DNA from: a virus
Lineage: Duplodnaviria > Caudoviricetes
Strand: one strand, 5' to 3'
DNA: 41,832 nt
Virus record (IMG/VR): IMGVR_UViG_3300044878_000083
Span: 1 to 41,832 of that record
Part shown: positions 9,350-16,959 of the stretch, in pieces
How positions within the stretch are numbered: the first letter of the stretch is position 1
How the letters are laid out: each line of letters begins with the position of its first letter
The notes under the pieces: model-generated
What the model was told of the DNA's origin: nothing
Seen by the model: the letters and a program-made list of their open reading frames with translations, nothing else
Databases searched by the model: none
Program-made: the position numbers and the translations under genes

Positions 9350-9790
9350 TCAGTCTCCAAGCAGGGCATAAACGAAAAGGTCGCTACCATCTGCGGCGCC
9401 GCGCTTCATAGTCGATTCATAACGGTAGCCAATTGCGCGTAAGAATACCTGACTTGCACGGTCTTTGACGTAGGCGTTGGCCTGTGCGCGGTGCAGGTTG
9501 TCGCTGATCATCAGCTGATCGATGCGGTGGCGTACCGCGGCGGCCAGTGCCTTGCCGTGGCCTTTGGACAATTCACGGTTCACCAGCGCGCAAGAGTCGG
9601 CCACGCCATCCCAGGCCGGCGTGTAGAAGCTGACGGCAATCAGCAGGCCGTCCAGGTAATAGCTGGTCATGCCGCGTCCGATCTGCTCAACCTCGCGCAG
9701 CCAGAAGCCAAATGGATCGGGTTCGGCTACCGGGATCAGTGCGCCGTCGCCTGGCTTGTACGGTCGCGCCTCGATGGTGTCAGGCTGCAT
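9350..9790 (-). CDS. GNAT-fold acetyltransferase-like protein
   Basis: LHRAQA...FLRAIGYRYESTMKR...DL motif. Start placed at the ATG overlapping the TerL end. Confidence 0.7.
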   Translation of the reverse strand: MQPDTIEARPYKPGDGALIPVAEPDPFGFWLREVEQIGRGMTSYYLDGLLIAVSFYTPAWDGVADSCALVNRELSKGHGKALAAAVRHRIDQLMISDNLHRAQANAYVKDRASQVFLRAIGYRYESTMKRGAADGSDLFVYALLGD

Positions 9791-11282
9791 ATGGGTCGAA
9801 CTCCGTCTGTACGCCGTCGCTGTTGGTGCCGGGCTTGTGTTCCCGGCGCATGATCGGCATGGCAAAGGATAGACAAAGGGCGTCGGCGTCGTCGGGGCTG
9901 ATGCCGATTCGCTTCTTGATGTCTTTCTTCTTCTCCAGAATCACCACTTCCAGCGCGTCGGTGTTGTAGTTCGGCGCGGTCAGTTCGCGCTCCAGTTCCG
10001 GATCATCCTCGATGGCCAGGCCGGCGCGGATTGCCTCGCGCATCTGCCACCACATGTAGGTGCGCATGTTCTTGAACTTCGGATCGGGTGAGGCCGAACC
10101 AAAGTTGATGTCGATCACGTTGGCGTTCGGGCGCAGCTTGCGGATCTGGTCGGCCACCGGGCCGCCGACGCCAGTGCTATCGACAAACACGGCATCCGGG
10201 TTGTGTTCATCGATCAGCGTGCAGACCTTCATCGCGAACTTGGTGGTGTCGCGGGTTTCACTGCCGGGGATCTTCAGTTTCTTGATCGACCTAGCGTCCA
10301 TGCCGCGGCGGAAGCGGATCACGTTGTTGTCGGCGCCGCCTCGGGCGATGTCGATCGACATCACAAGACCGTCGTGCATCGTGCTGTAAACCGGGCGAGC
10401 GCGGGCAGCGGCTACCCAATCTTGCGGGATCAGTTGCAATTCGGAAGCCCTCGGGAATTCTCCGCGCACGCGGATACGGAAAAAGTCAGAGTCCTCGCCA
10501 AAGTCTTCAGCCCACTTGGCGATCTCTTTCTTGTTGGTGCCTTCAACGGTGCGGCTGTCGATCTGGCGGCAGATCCAGCGGTGCCGGTACCGGGTGAAGC
10601 ACTCGGCAAAGCGGCCGGTGTTCAGCGTCGGGTTGCCGAAAGCGATCCAGATGATCTCGGTGTTTTCGTCGGTCAGTGCGCCTTCGGCAACTTCCCACAC
10701 CTTGTCAGCGATGCCGGACGCCTCATCGAAGATCAGCAAGATGCGTTTGCCTTTGTTGTGAAGTCCGGCGAAGGCTTCTGTGTTGTGTTCGCTCCATGGG
10801 ATTGCATCGGCGCGCCAGCTGCGTGTGTGTTCGCTGTCGTTGCTGGCGACGGCGGTCGCGGTGGTATTGAACCAGTCAGCAGTCATCGACAGGCGCCGCC
10901 ACTTTCCAACCTCTGGCCAGGTCTTGGTGCGCAACTGGTTTTCGGTGGTGGCGGTTACGACAATTTTGCAGTCTTCACAGGTCGACATAGCCCAATCGAT
11001 CATCATGCTGATGTCGGCTGACTTGCCGATGCCGTGCCCGGATGCGACGGCGATGCGCAGCGGTTGAAAGCGGGTTTCCGGGTTCTGCAAATGCTTGCCG
11101 ATGATCTGGAAGGTTTCCAGCTGCCAGTCACGCGGGCCATTTACCTCGGCCAGCTCTGTTCCTTCAACTCCCCACGGATAGGCGTAATAAACAAACCCCT
11201 CCGGGTCATGCGTGAAGCTGGCCATGTCCTCGATCAATTCAAGCTCAAGGTCATGTCGGCTCATTTCGACGAGCGCTGTCAT
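9780..11282 (-). CDS. terL: Terminase large subunit
   Basis: Walker A VASGHGIGKS, Walker B LLIFDEAS, and RNaseH-like DIARGG...SPDDADA. Confidence 0.95.
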   Translation of the reverse strand: MTALVEMSRHDLELELIEDMASFTHDPEGFVYYAYPWGVEGTELAEVNGPRDWQLETFQIIGKHLQNPETRFQPLRIAVASGHGIGKSADISMMIDWAMSTCEDCKIVVTATTENQLRTKTWPEVGKWRRLSMTADWFNTTATAVASNDSEHTRSWRADAIPWSEHNTEAFAGLHNKGKRILLIFDEASGIADKVWEVAEGALTDENTEIIWIAFGNPTLNTGRFAECFTRYRHRWICRQIDSRTVEGTNKKEIAKWAEDFGEDSDFFRIRVRGEFPRASELQLIPQDWVAAARARPVYSTMHDGLVMSIDIARGGADNNVIRFRRGMDARSIKKLKIPGSETRDTTKFAMKVCTLIDEHNPDAVFVDSTGVGGPVADQIRKLRPNANVIDINFGSASPDPKFKNMRTYMWWQMREAIRAGLAIEDDPELERELTAPNYNTDALEVVILEKKKDIKKRIGISPDDADALCLSFAMPIMRREHKPGTNSDGVQTEFDPYAA

Positions 11283-11863
11283 TGCTTTTCGGCTCGTCGT
11301 TTACGGGCAGCGGCCAGGCGTTTGGCAATGGCCCCCGCGTCTTCTTCAACCACGCGATCTGCAAAGGCTCCAACCTCGACGTGCTTGCCGAGTAGCTCCA
11401 GGTTTTTCAGCCGGTCGATCCATTTGATCTTCTTCAGCACGCCCATCAGCTTGCGCGTGTCGCCTTCGCTTTCGAACAGGTCGGCAATCTCCACGCCGTT
11501 CAGCGATTGGCGCCAGATCTTCGGCCACTCGCTCAGGCTCTTCAGGCTCATGTCGTCGTTGATGATGTCGATGATGTCCATCTGATCCATTTCATACAGA
11601 CGGCGCAGAACATAGTCGGCATCGACCTGCAGGCGCTCGTTGCGCTCCTTGGCCAGCCTGGCAATGTAGGCCTGACACAGCGGGTCATTGATCAATCGGT
11701 AGGCCGTGGCGCCAGAGCTGCGCGCCGAGTAGCCAGCCCGGCGCGCAGCCAGTGCGCCGTTCAAGCCATTATCTGAAATATAAAACTCACAAAAAAGCCG
11801 GGGCTTGCCTGTTGGCTCACCGGCGTCATTCTTCTTTTTGCGTTTCTGTAGTTCGTAGGTCAT
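11279..11863 (-). CDS. terS: Terminase small subunit
   Basis: FCEFY...NG..AARRAGYS HTH motif, ELLGKH, overlaps the TerL start. Confidence 0.9.
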   Translation of the reverse strand: MTYELQKRKKKNDAGEPTGKPRLFCEFYISDNGLNGALAARRAGYSARSSGATAYRLINDPLCQAYIARLAKERNERLQVDADYVLRRLYEMDQMDIIDIINDDMSLKSLSEWPKIWRQSLNGVEIADLFESEGDTRKLMGVLKKIKWIDRLKNLELLGKHVEVGAFADRVVEEDAGAIAKRLAAARKRRAEKQ

Positions 11864-11878
11864 TCCCCATTTCCTTGT

Positions 11879-12397
11879 TTACGCGCTGACCAGAAGGCCG
11901 TCCCAGTTCCCCTTCAGAACCTTGCGGAAGTCGAAGGCGTTGGCAATGGCCGCAACTCCGGCGCCTTCATTTTTGTAGCGAACGACGTAGCTGGTATTTG
12001 GCTTCAGATACAGTCGGCTGTCATCCCCAGGCACGCTAATCGAGGTTTGTCCGGTGCCGGTACTGGCGCGATAAGTTGCCCCGGTGATTGGCGCTGTCAA
12101 AGTTCCAGGAGTAACGCCCTGTTTGATAGTGGCCGGGTTGGCTTGAGTGCTGGTGAATCGGCGGTTGAGAAAGCGCGGATCAGTTCCACCGGTGAATGTT
12201 GCCTCAAATAGTTCAACCGTCAGCGTGGATTCGCTGCTGCTATAGGCGCGCTGAAGAATAACCAGTTCATCGGCGCCCGTGGTAATGCCGGTATAGGCAA
12301 AGCCTGCGGCGGCGATCCCCGCGTAGCCGATTTCCGCCCTGAAGATCAGGCCCTGCGCGGTCACGAATTCGTCGAATGTCATTTGTGGTGTTGGCAT
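11879..12397 (-). CDS. Hypothetical protein (beta-rich, possibly structural)
   Basis: TAATG stop/start coupling with the upstream gene at 12397. 172 aa. Confidence 0.7.
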   Translation of the reverse strand: MPTPQMTFDEFVTAQGLIFRAEIGYAGIAAAGFAYTGITTGADELVILQRAYSSSESTLTVELFEATFTGGTDPRFLNRRFTSTQANPATIKQGVTPGTLTAPITGATYRASTGTGQTSISVPGDDSRLYLKPNTSYVVRYKNEGAGVAAIANAFDFRKVLKGNWDGLLVSA

Positions 12398-12693
12398 TAT
12401 GGCTTTTCCTTGTGTGGGCAGGTGGCGCAGCGGATTCGGTTGACCATATAAAACCTGACGTGCGGCCAGATCGTCTTCATCCACCAGTGGCGGATGCCGA
12501 TAGCGGCGAAGGTGCAGTAAAGAACCGCATCAGCCACCTGCGAGTTTGGTCGGCTCAGCTCGCCAAGGGCGGCAAGTACAAGCATAAGGTATAGGACTTT
12601 TCCGATGATCCCGTCACTGACTCTACGGGACAACAGGCACCAGAAGGCATGAATCGCGATTATTACAACAGCACAAACGCCGATGAAGACCAT
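12397..12693 (-). CDS. Three-TM membrane protein, putative holin/antiholin partner
   Basis: 98 aa with three hydrophobic segments, coupled to the upstream membrane gene. Confidence 0.65.
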   Translation of the reverse strand: MVFIGVCAVVIIAIHAFWCLLSRRVSDGIIGKVLYLMLVLAALGELSRPNSQVADAVLYCTFAAIGIRHWWMKTIWPHVRFYMVNRIRCATCPHKEKP

Positions 12694-12998
12694 TAGTTAT
12701 CCCCTCCAAACCGTGATTTGATCAGGGCAACCATGTCGATGGACTTTACTGCACGTATTCCAGCGGCGAGCAAGGAAGCCCCGAAAGCTCCAAGTAGGAA
12801 CCCGACACTACCGGCTAGTTCCGGGATGATGCTCCACTTGTAAACGGCCAGCGGGGTGGTGAAATAAGAGCAGGCGACACCGGAAAACAAGAAAAACAGT
12901 TTGCCTTTCCATGTTGTCAGTTCCTTCTCAATCGGCAGAACCACGATGGCCCCGATCAGTCCTGCAAGCGCCAGTTTTGTATCGTCCCACATGCTCAT
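12693..12998 (-). CDS. Putative holin with multiple-start motif
   Basis: About 101 aa, three hydrophobic segments, charged C-terminus, ATG-AGC-ATG dual start. Confidence 0.7.
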   Translation of the reverse strand: MSMWDDTKLALAGLIGAIVVLPIEKELTTWKGKLFFLFSGVACSYFTTPLAVYKWSIIPELAGSVGFLLGAFGASLLAAGIRAVKSIDMVALIKSRFGGDN

Positions 12999-13045
12999 AG
13001 TGGGCATACCTCGCGCTTGCCATGCTTGCCTTGGTATGCAGCCAT
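12995..13045 (-). CDS. 16-aa leader peptide MAAYQGKHGKREVCPL
   Basis: Perfect TAAGGAGG SD upstream. Its TGA overlaps the holin ATG (ATGA). Absent from the ORF track. Confidence 0.5.
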   Translation of the reverse strand: MAAYQGKHGKREVCPL

Positions 13046-13077
13046 TCGGCCTCCTTATCAATTGGTATTCCCTAGAC

Positions 13078-13109
13078 GCACAAAAGCCCGGACAAGCCGG
13101 GCTCTGTGC
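13078..13109 (-). terminator. Intrinsic terminator of the small RNA (tR'-like)
   Basis: GCACAGAGCCCGG-CTTGT-CCGGGCTTTTGTGC on the minus strand. Confidence 0.75.
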
Positions 13110-13145
13110 ATCCACTGGCGCAATGGGGGAACGCCTGGCTGGGAT
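13078..13145 (-). ncRNA. Candidate ~70-nt small RNA with C-rich seed loop
   Basis: Lies between a sigma70 promoter and an intrinsic terminator. Hairpin GGCGU-UCCCCCAUU-GCGCC followed by the terminator hairpin. Confidence 0.6.
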
Positions 13146-13151
13146 GGGCGA

Positions 13152-13181
13152 ACTATAGTGGTCGGCTAAAGGGCCGGTCAA
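13152..13181 (-). promoter_or_regulatory. Sigma70 promoter (PR'-like) upstream of the late operon
   Basis: TTGACC (13181-13176), 18-nt spacer, TATAGT (13157-13152). Confidence 0.75.
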
Positions 13182-13190
13182 ATTTTGCGC

Positions 13191-13225
13191 AAAAAAAATC
13201 CCGGTATCGAGGGGAGTACCGGGAT
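13191..13225 (-). terminator. Intrinsic terminator ending the middle operon
   Basis: ATCCCGGTA-N10-TACCGGGAT followed by a T run. Confidence 0.85.
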
Positions 13226-13253
13226 CAAGATGCCTGCGATGGCGTGGCCGATC

Positions 13254-13634
13254 TTACTCGGGCTGCTCAGGTTTAGGCAAGCTGAAGAAGGCGATGCGAT
13301 TGGCCAGGCTACCGATGCAGGCGCGCATGTTTTGCAGATCGTTGAGGATCAGTTTCTGTTCCTGCTCGGTCAGGTGCGGGAATTCAGGGCCGGACGCAAT
13401 CGCCGCCAGCGCATCCACTTCGACTTTCAGCATGGCGTGCGCGATCTCGATACGCTTCTCGCTCACGGGAAGATCGGTAAGGTTGCCGATCTCAAGGTGC
13501 TGCGCTTCGAACTCAGCCTTGGGCAACCACTTCTGTTCGCCGCTTTCATCGGTGTAGTGGTAGCCCTCTTGTTTGTCTTCCGGTGCATCCGGCCAGGCGT
13601 GAATCATCGTGGTCTGGATATAGAGTTTGGTCAT
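13254..13634 (-). CDS. Conserved phage protein (crAss001_48-like C-terminal domain)
   Basis: KLYIQTTMIHAWP...EGY...WLPKAEFE N-terminus and F.HL...EQ.L...LQNM......L..RI C-terminus, recognised from memory. Confidence 0.65.
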   Translation of the reverse strand: MTKLYIQTTMIHAWPDAPEDKQEGYHYTDESGEQKWLPKAEFEAQHLEIGNLTDLPVSEKRIEIAHAMLKVEVDALAAIASGPEFPHLTEQEQKLILNDLQNMRACIGSLANRIAFFSLPKPEQPE

Positions 13635-13666
13635 GGTGAGCGATCTCTCTGTGCGGTGGGCTTCGG

Positions 13667-13891
13667 TTATTGGCCTGGCTGCTTGACGGCGCCCACGCGG
13701 GTATCCCAGCACGGGTAAATCTGGCCGCGTTCAATGATCACCAGATATTTGATGTCGCCGTCCGCTGCCTTCACGCCGTCAAGCAATTCGACGGCAGCCT
13801 CAAGCGATTCAGCCTCGCGCACATTGGCAACGATTGGCACGCCGTCCTGGGTTTCTTTGTAGCAGGAAAATTCTGTGTACTTGAAAGTCAT
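13667..13891 (-). CDS. Hypothetical protein
   Basis: 74-aa ORF with GAGGA RBS. Confidence 0.7.
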   Translation of the reverse strand: MTFKYTEFSCYKETQDGVPIVANVREAESLEAAVELLDGVKAADGDIKYLVIIERGQIYPCWDTRVGAVKQPGQ

Positions 13892-13900
13892 GGTGGTTCC

Positions 13901-14353
13901 TCAGCTGCTGCCAGCTTTCGATAGTGGGGTCAGGATTACTTCGACGCGGGGTGTAGCGGAAAAGCGTTTGCGCATGTGAATGTCGGTAGCCTGGGTGTCG
14001 TCTTTCCATGCCACGCCGTTCAGTGCATCGCAGACAGCCTTCAAGCAGTTGTCTGCATCCGGCTTGCTGGTTGGGTAGATCTCGCCGGCCAGCGCTTGCG
14101 CCTGCTTCTTCTTGCTCCAGCTTGGTCGGATTGGGCAGTGCATCAGCACTTCAACCATCACCGGGCCATGGAACAACTCGTTGCCGTTCATGGCCTCCTG
14201 TGCGGCGATGGCAATCAGTCCTTCGTAGGCGACAGTTTTGGCGGGGGTGAACATTCGCGCCTTGCCGGCGATGGTGCCAACCCGGGCGCGGCCTTTACCT
14301 TGCGGTTCTCCTGGCACGGTAAAGCGTATTTCATCCGGGGATGATGTCGTCAT
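13901..14353 (-). CDS. rusA: RusA-family Holliday junction resolvase
   Basis: PQGKGRAR and KPDADNCLKAVCDALNGVAWKDDTQ catalytic motif. Confidence 0.92.
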   Translation of the reverse strand: MTTSSPDEIRFTVPGEPQGKGRARVGTIAGKARMFTPAKTVAYEGLIAIAAQEAMNGNELFHGPVMVEVLMHCPIRPSWSKKKQAQALAGEIYPTSKPDADNCLKAVCDALNGVAWKDDTQATDIHMRKRFSATPRVEVILTPLSKAGSS

Positions 14354-14570
14354 TTTCGGCTTCTTCCTTGGCTAGTTCAGCGTCGACGGCTGCGAATTCC
14401 AGCGATACCAGTGTGAGGGCCAGAAAGGCATCGTCGCCGCCTTCCTTGAGGATGTCGCGGATGTCCTCGGCGAACATGTAAACCTGCGTCTGCCGCTCGG
14501 CGGCCAGGCCCAGCACCATATCCTGGATCGATAGCAGGGCTTCGTGCTGCGGGGTTTTGTCGTCACTCAT
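14331..14570 (-). CDS. Hypothetical acidic protein
   Basis: 79-aa ORF overlapping its neighbours in the operon. Confidence 0.6.
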   Translation of the reverse strand: MSDDKTPQHEALLSIQDMVLGLAAERQTQVYMFAEDIRDILKEGGDDAFLALTLVSLEFAAVDAELAKEEAENDDIIPG

Positions 14571-14754
14571 GGGGATTGTCCTGTGTCGGCCGGCTCGATG
14601 CCGGTGCAATGGTGATTTCTGCTGTCGGCCAGATCAGCTTAGCGCTGGCCATGGCTTCGGCTTCGGTGCATTCGTCGCCGCCCATAGTGAAGGGCGGATA
14701 GCCTGGCACCGTGAGGCGCCAGGACTTGTGTCGGTCATGCGGCTGGGCCGGCAT
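14563..14754 (-). CDS. Hypothetical protein
   Basis: 63-aa ORF filling the gap between coupled genes. Confidence 0.55.
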   Translation of the reverse strand: MPAQPHDRHKSWRLTVPGYPPFTMGGDECTEAEAMASAKLIWPTAEITIAPASSRPTQDNPHE

Positions 14755-14983
14755 AATCAGAATCGCTGAAGGAAAGGATCTTTCTGAAGTCATCGGCGAT
14801 ATTGACGTCAGCAATATGGGGCAATGCCTCCCTGACAATCAGGGTGATTTCCGTCATGTGACCGCGTAGCACTTCCAGGTTTTCGGCCATGATTCGGCCG
14901 CTGGTTTGCAGGCTGATGTTGTCTTGGCGCAGGGCCTCGGCGATGTCGTCGGCCTTCTTTTCGTTTCGGGTGCGAATGCTCAT
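14735..14983 (-). CDS. Hypothetical protein
   Basis: 82-aa ORF preceded by an AATGGGGAG RBS. Confidence 0.65.
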   Translation of the reverse strand: MSIRTRNEKKADDIAEALRQDNISLQTSGRIMAENLEVLRGHMTEITLIVREALPHIADVNIADDFRKILSFSDSDYAGPAA

Positions 14984-15008
14984 GTCGTTACTCCCCATTG
15001 GTGGTGCG

Positions 15009-15569
15009 TTATTGAATGTTCATTTCCAGGCGGGCGGCCGCGTGGTTCTTCAGGAACTTGATCAGCAGGGCGTTGCGTTGCAGCGAATCGCCGCGGGTGT
15101 AGGCGCCGGGGCGCCAGGTGCGCAGGTACAGGGCAAAGGCTGCGTCTGCATCGTTGATGCCTGGCAGCTTGCCCGGGTCAGACCACAACAGCAGGCGGGC
15201 AAAGCAGGCGGCCAGCGCGTCGTCGAACTCGATGGCGTGCCAGCAATGCTTTGGGTCTGGTATCACGTCCAGGCGGTCGCAGATGTCGTGAAGATAGCGA
15301 CCAGCGGTTGGATGGTTGAGCACGCCTTTCACGCCGCCACCCTGTTCGAACTGCCAGAGCCCGCGGGCCGGGCCTTTGGCCGACTTCGGGCCGACGATGT
15401 TTTCTTGGGCGGTCGCCTCGGTGCGCTTGACCAGCTGATAGCGGCGCTCTTCCGGGTCTTCATGTTTCTGTATCGCCAGCATCATCAGGCGGGCGCTGAC
15501 GGTATCCATGCGATCCGGCAGGTAGTCGGTCAGGGCGGTGCGGATTGCGGTGAGAACAATGGCGCTCAT
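15009..15569 (-). CDS. Putative endolysin (lysozyme-like fold)
   Basis: HE...GPARGLWQFE...ARLLL..DP..LP...YLRTWRPG pattern, near the spanins. No other endolysin candidate in the genome. Confidence 0.7.
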   Translation of the reverse strand: MSAIVLTAIRTALTDYLPDRMDTVSARLMMLAIQKHEDPEERRYQLVKRTEATAQENIVGPKSAKGPARGLWQFEQGGGVKGVLNHPTAGRYLHDICDRLDVIPDPKHCWHAIEFDDALAACFARLLLWSDPGKLPGINDADAAFALYLRTWRPGAYTRGDSLQRNALLIKFLKNHAAARLEMNIQ

Positions 15570-15889
15570 TGATTCACCTCAAACACTGGCTCTTGGTGGA
15601 ACACGTTAATGGCCGGTGACTTGCGTTGGTCCTTCTTCGCCGGCTTGAGATCTTCAGCCAGGTAGTCGCCGAACACCCACAGCATGTTCTGAATCAGCAA
15701 AGGCTTCAGGCGAACACAGTTCAAAAACACCGGGTAGAAGATGTTCCAGGCGGCGCCGAGGGTTATGCCTGGGTTGGCGTTGCTTGGCTCGCTCCAGTCT
15801 GCGACCGAAGACTTGGCCTTATCGAACATCGCCTGGAGCTGATCGCGGGTAATCGTTTCGGCTAATGTTTTGGCGTCACGCTTGTTCAT
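15566..15889 (-). CDS. Hypothetical protein
   Basis: 107 aa, ATGA-coupled at both ends. Confidence 0.7.
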   Translation of the reverse strand: MNKRDAKTLAETITRDQLQAMFDKAKSSVADWSEPSNANPGITLGAAWNIFYPVFLNCVRLKPLLIQNMLWVFGDYLAEDLKPAKKDQRKSPAINVFHQEPVFEVNQ

Positions 15890-16182
15890 TGGTGAATCTC
15901 CTTGTGCCAGTCCTGCCACTCGATCAGAAGGTCACGGTTCTGTCGGGCGCATTGGTTGTTATGAGTGATGGTGCCGATGTCGTCGGTGTCGTCCGGGTCA
16001 GTTCCGACCGGCAGGTAAAAGCATGGTGGCGCCAGCAGACGCTGATCCGGTTGCGCCGGCTTCGGGCAATTCCGGATCGGTCCCGAATAGGCTGGCGTTG
16101 TAGAGCTGCAGCCAGTCATCAGTGAGCTTGCAATCGCGATCACGCCAGCGATCGCGATACTGGATAACCTGCTTGTCCACAT
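15886..16182 (-). CDS. o-spanin (Rz1-like lipoprotein)
   Basis: Signal peptide with LMTGC lipobox, Pro-rich body, overlaps the i-spanin in another frame. Confidence 0.8.
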   Translation of the reverse strand: MWTSRLSSIAIAGVIAIASSLMTGCSSTTPAYSGPIRNCPKPAQPDQRLLAPPCFYLPVGTDPDDTDDIGTITHNNQCARQNRDLLIEWQDWHKEIHQ

Positions 16183-16438
16183 AGACGATCTCCTTCTGCT
16201 GCGCGGCCTGCTGCTGATCCAGGCGCTTGGTTGATTGGTCGGTGATCGATTTGTTTCTGGCCTCAGCAGCCATTCCGGCTTCGAACTGCGCCTGCTCGGC
16301 TTCTTCGCGTTCGCCTTGGTAGGCGGCCATAACGGCTTCACAGCGCCAGCCTCGCACCTCCCAGCCAACCATGGCGCAGATCAGCATTGTCCCAAGGATC
16401 GCCGCAGTGACGGCCAGATACTTGGTCACCGGGCTCAT
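15998..16438 (-). CDS. i-spanin (Rz-like)
   Basis: N-terminal TM, coiled coil, VIQY...C...WLQLYN motif. Confidence 0.8.
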   Translation of the reverse strand: MSPVTKYLAVTAAILGTMLICAMVGWEVRGWRCEAVMAAYQGEREEAEQAQFEAGMAAEARNKSITDQSTKRLDQQQAAQQKEIVYVDKQVIQYRDRWRDRDCKLTDDWLQLYNASLFGTDPELPEAGATGSASAGATMLLPAGRN

Positions 16439-16710
16439 TGATCAGATGCCAGCAAAGCCAGCATTGCTTTCCGCTTCACGGCCGACAACTTGCGAAAGGC
16501 TTGCAGTGCGCGGATCTCTTCGGCGCTGGTGGCCAGCGGGCAAGCGCCTTCAATCGGCGTTGCATCATCAGCCAGCTTTTCCAGTGCCAGAACCATTTCC
16601 GAGTTCATGCTTCGATGATTGCGCTGAGCAATGTCAGCGATCTGTTCGCGCATACCGGGCGGCATACGCACCACGAATTTTTCAGCTGTGCGGGATTTTC
16701 CGTCAAACAT
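16435..16710 (-). CDS. Arc-family ribbon-helix-helix regulator, AmrZ/AlgZ-like
   Basis: SRTAEKFVVRMPPGMREQIADIAQRNHRSMNSE plus an AmrZ-like C-terminal helix pair. Confidence 0.88.
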   Translation of the reverse strand: MFDGKSRTAEKFVVRMPPGMREQIADIAQRNHRSMNSEMVLALEKLADDATPIEGACPLATSAEEIRALQAFRKLSAVKRKAMLALLASDQ

Positions 16711-16712
16711 GG

Positions 16713-16919
16713 TTATGCCTCTTCCTGTTGTTCGTTGAAGGTGAAGCCGTAGCGGGCGGCGATCTGTTCGACTTCGATGCGGCTGATGCCCAGTCGCTTG
16801 CCGATACTGCTCGCCGGCAGGGACTGGGCAAGCGCCTTGATGCGTTCGGCCAGATGGTTGTCACGCAAGGCCGATGCCCGGCGCAGGTGTTTCAGCGGGT
16901 TGAAGCTGGCGGCTTGCAT
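16713..16919 (-). CDS. Small HTH-like protein
   Basis: IGKRLGISRIEVEQIAARYG, GGGGGA RBS. Confidence 0.65.
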   Translation of the reverse strand: MQAASFNPLKHLRRASALRDNHLAERIKALAQSLPASSIGKRLGISRIEVEQIAARYGFTFNEQQEEA

Positions 16920-16959
16920 GGCGTTCCCCCGAAAGCCGGGGCCGAAGCCCCGGTGATGA

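Noticed and set aside
12693-13181. 162-aa extended holin ORF from the track
   Set aside because: The TTG start is the promoter -35 box, and the extension runs through the sRNA and terminator.
16937-16954. UUCG-capped hairpin after the FtsK-gamma gene, and a GCAA hairpin near 5115-5134, as terminators
   Set aside because: Neither has an adjacent long U tract. They may be stabilising or processing stems, so they were not called.
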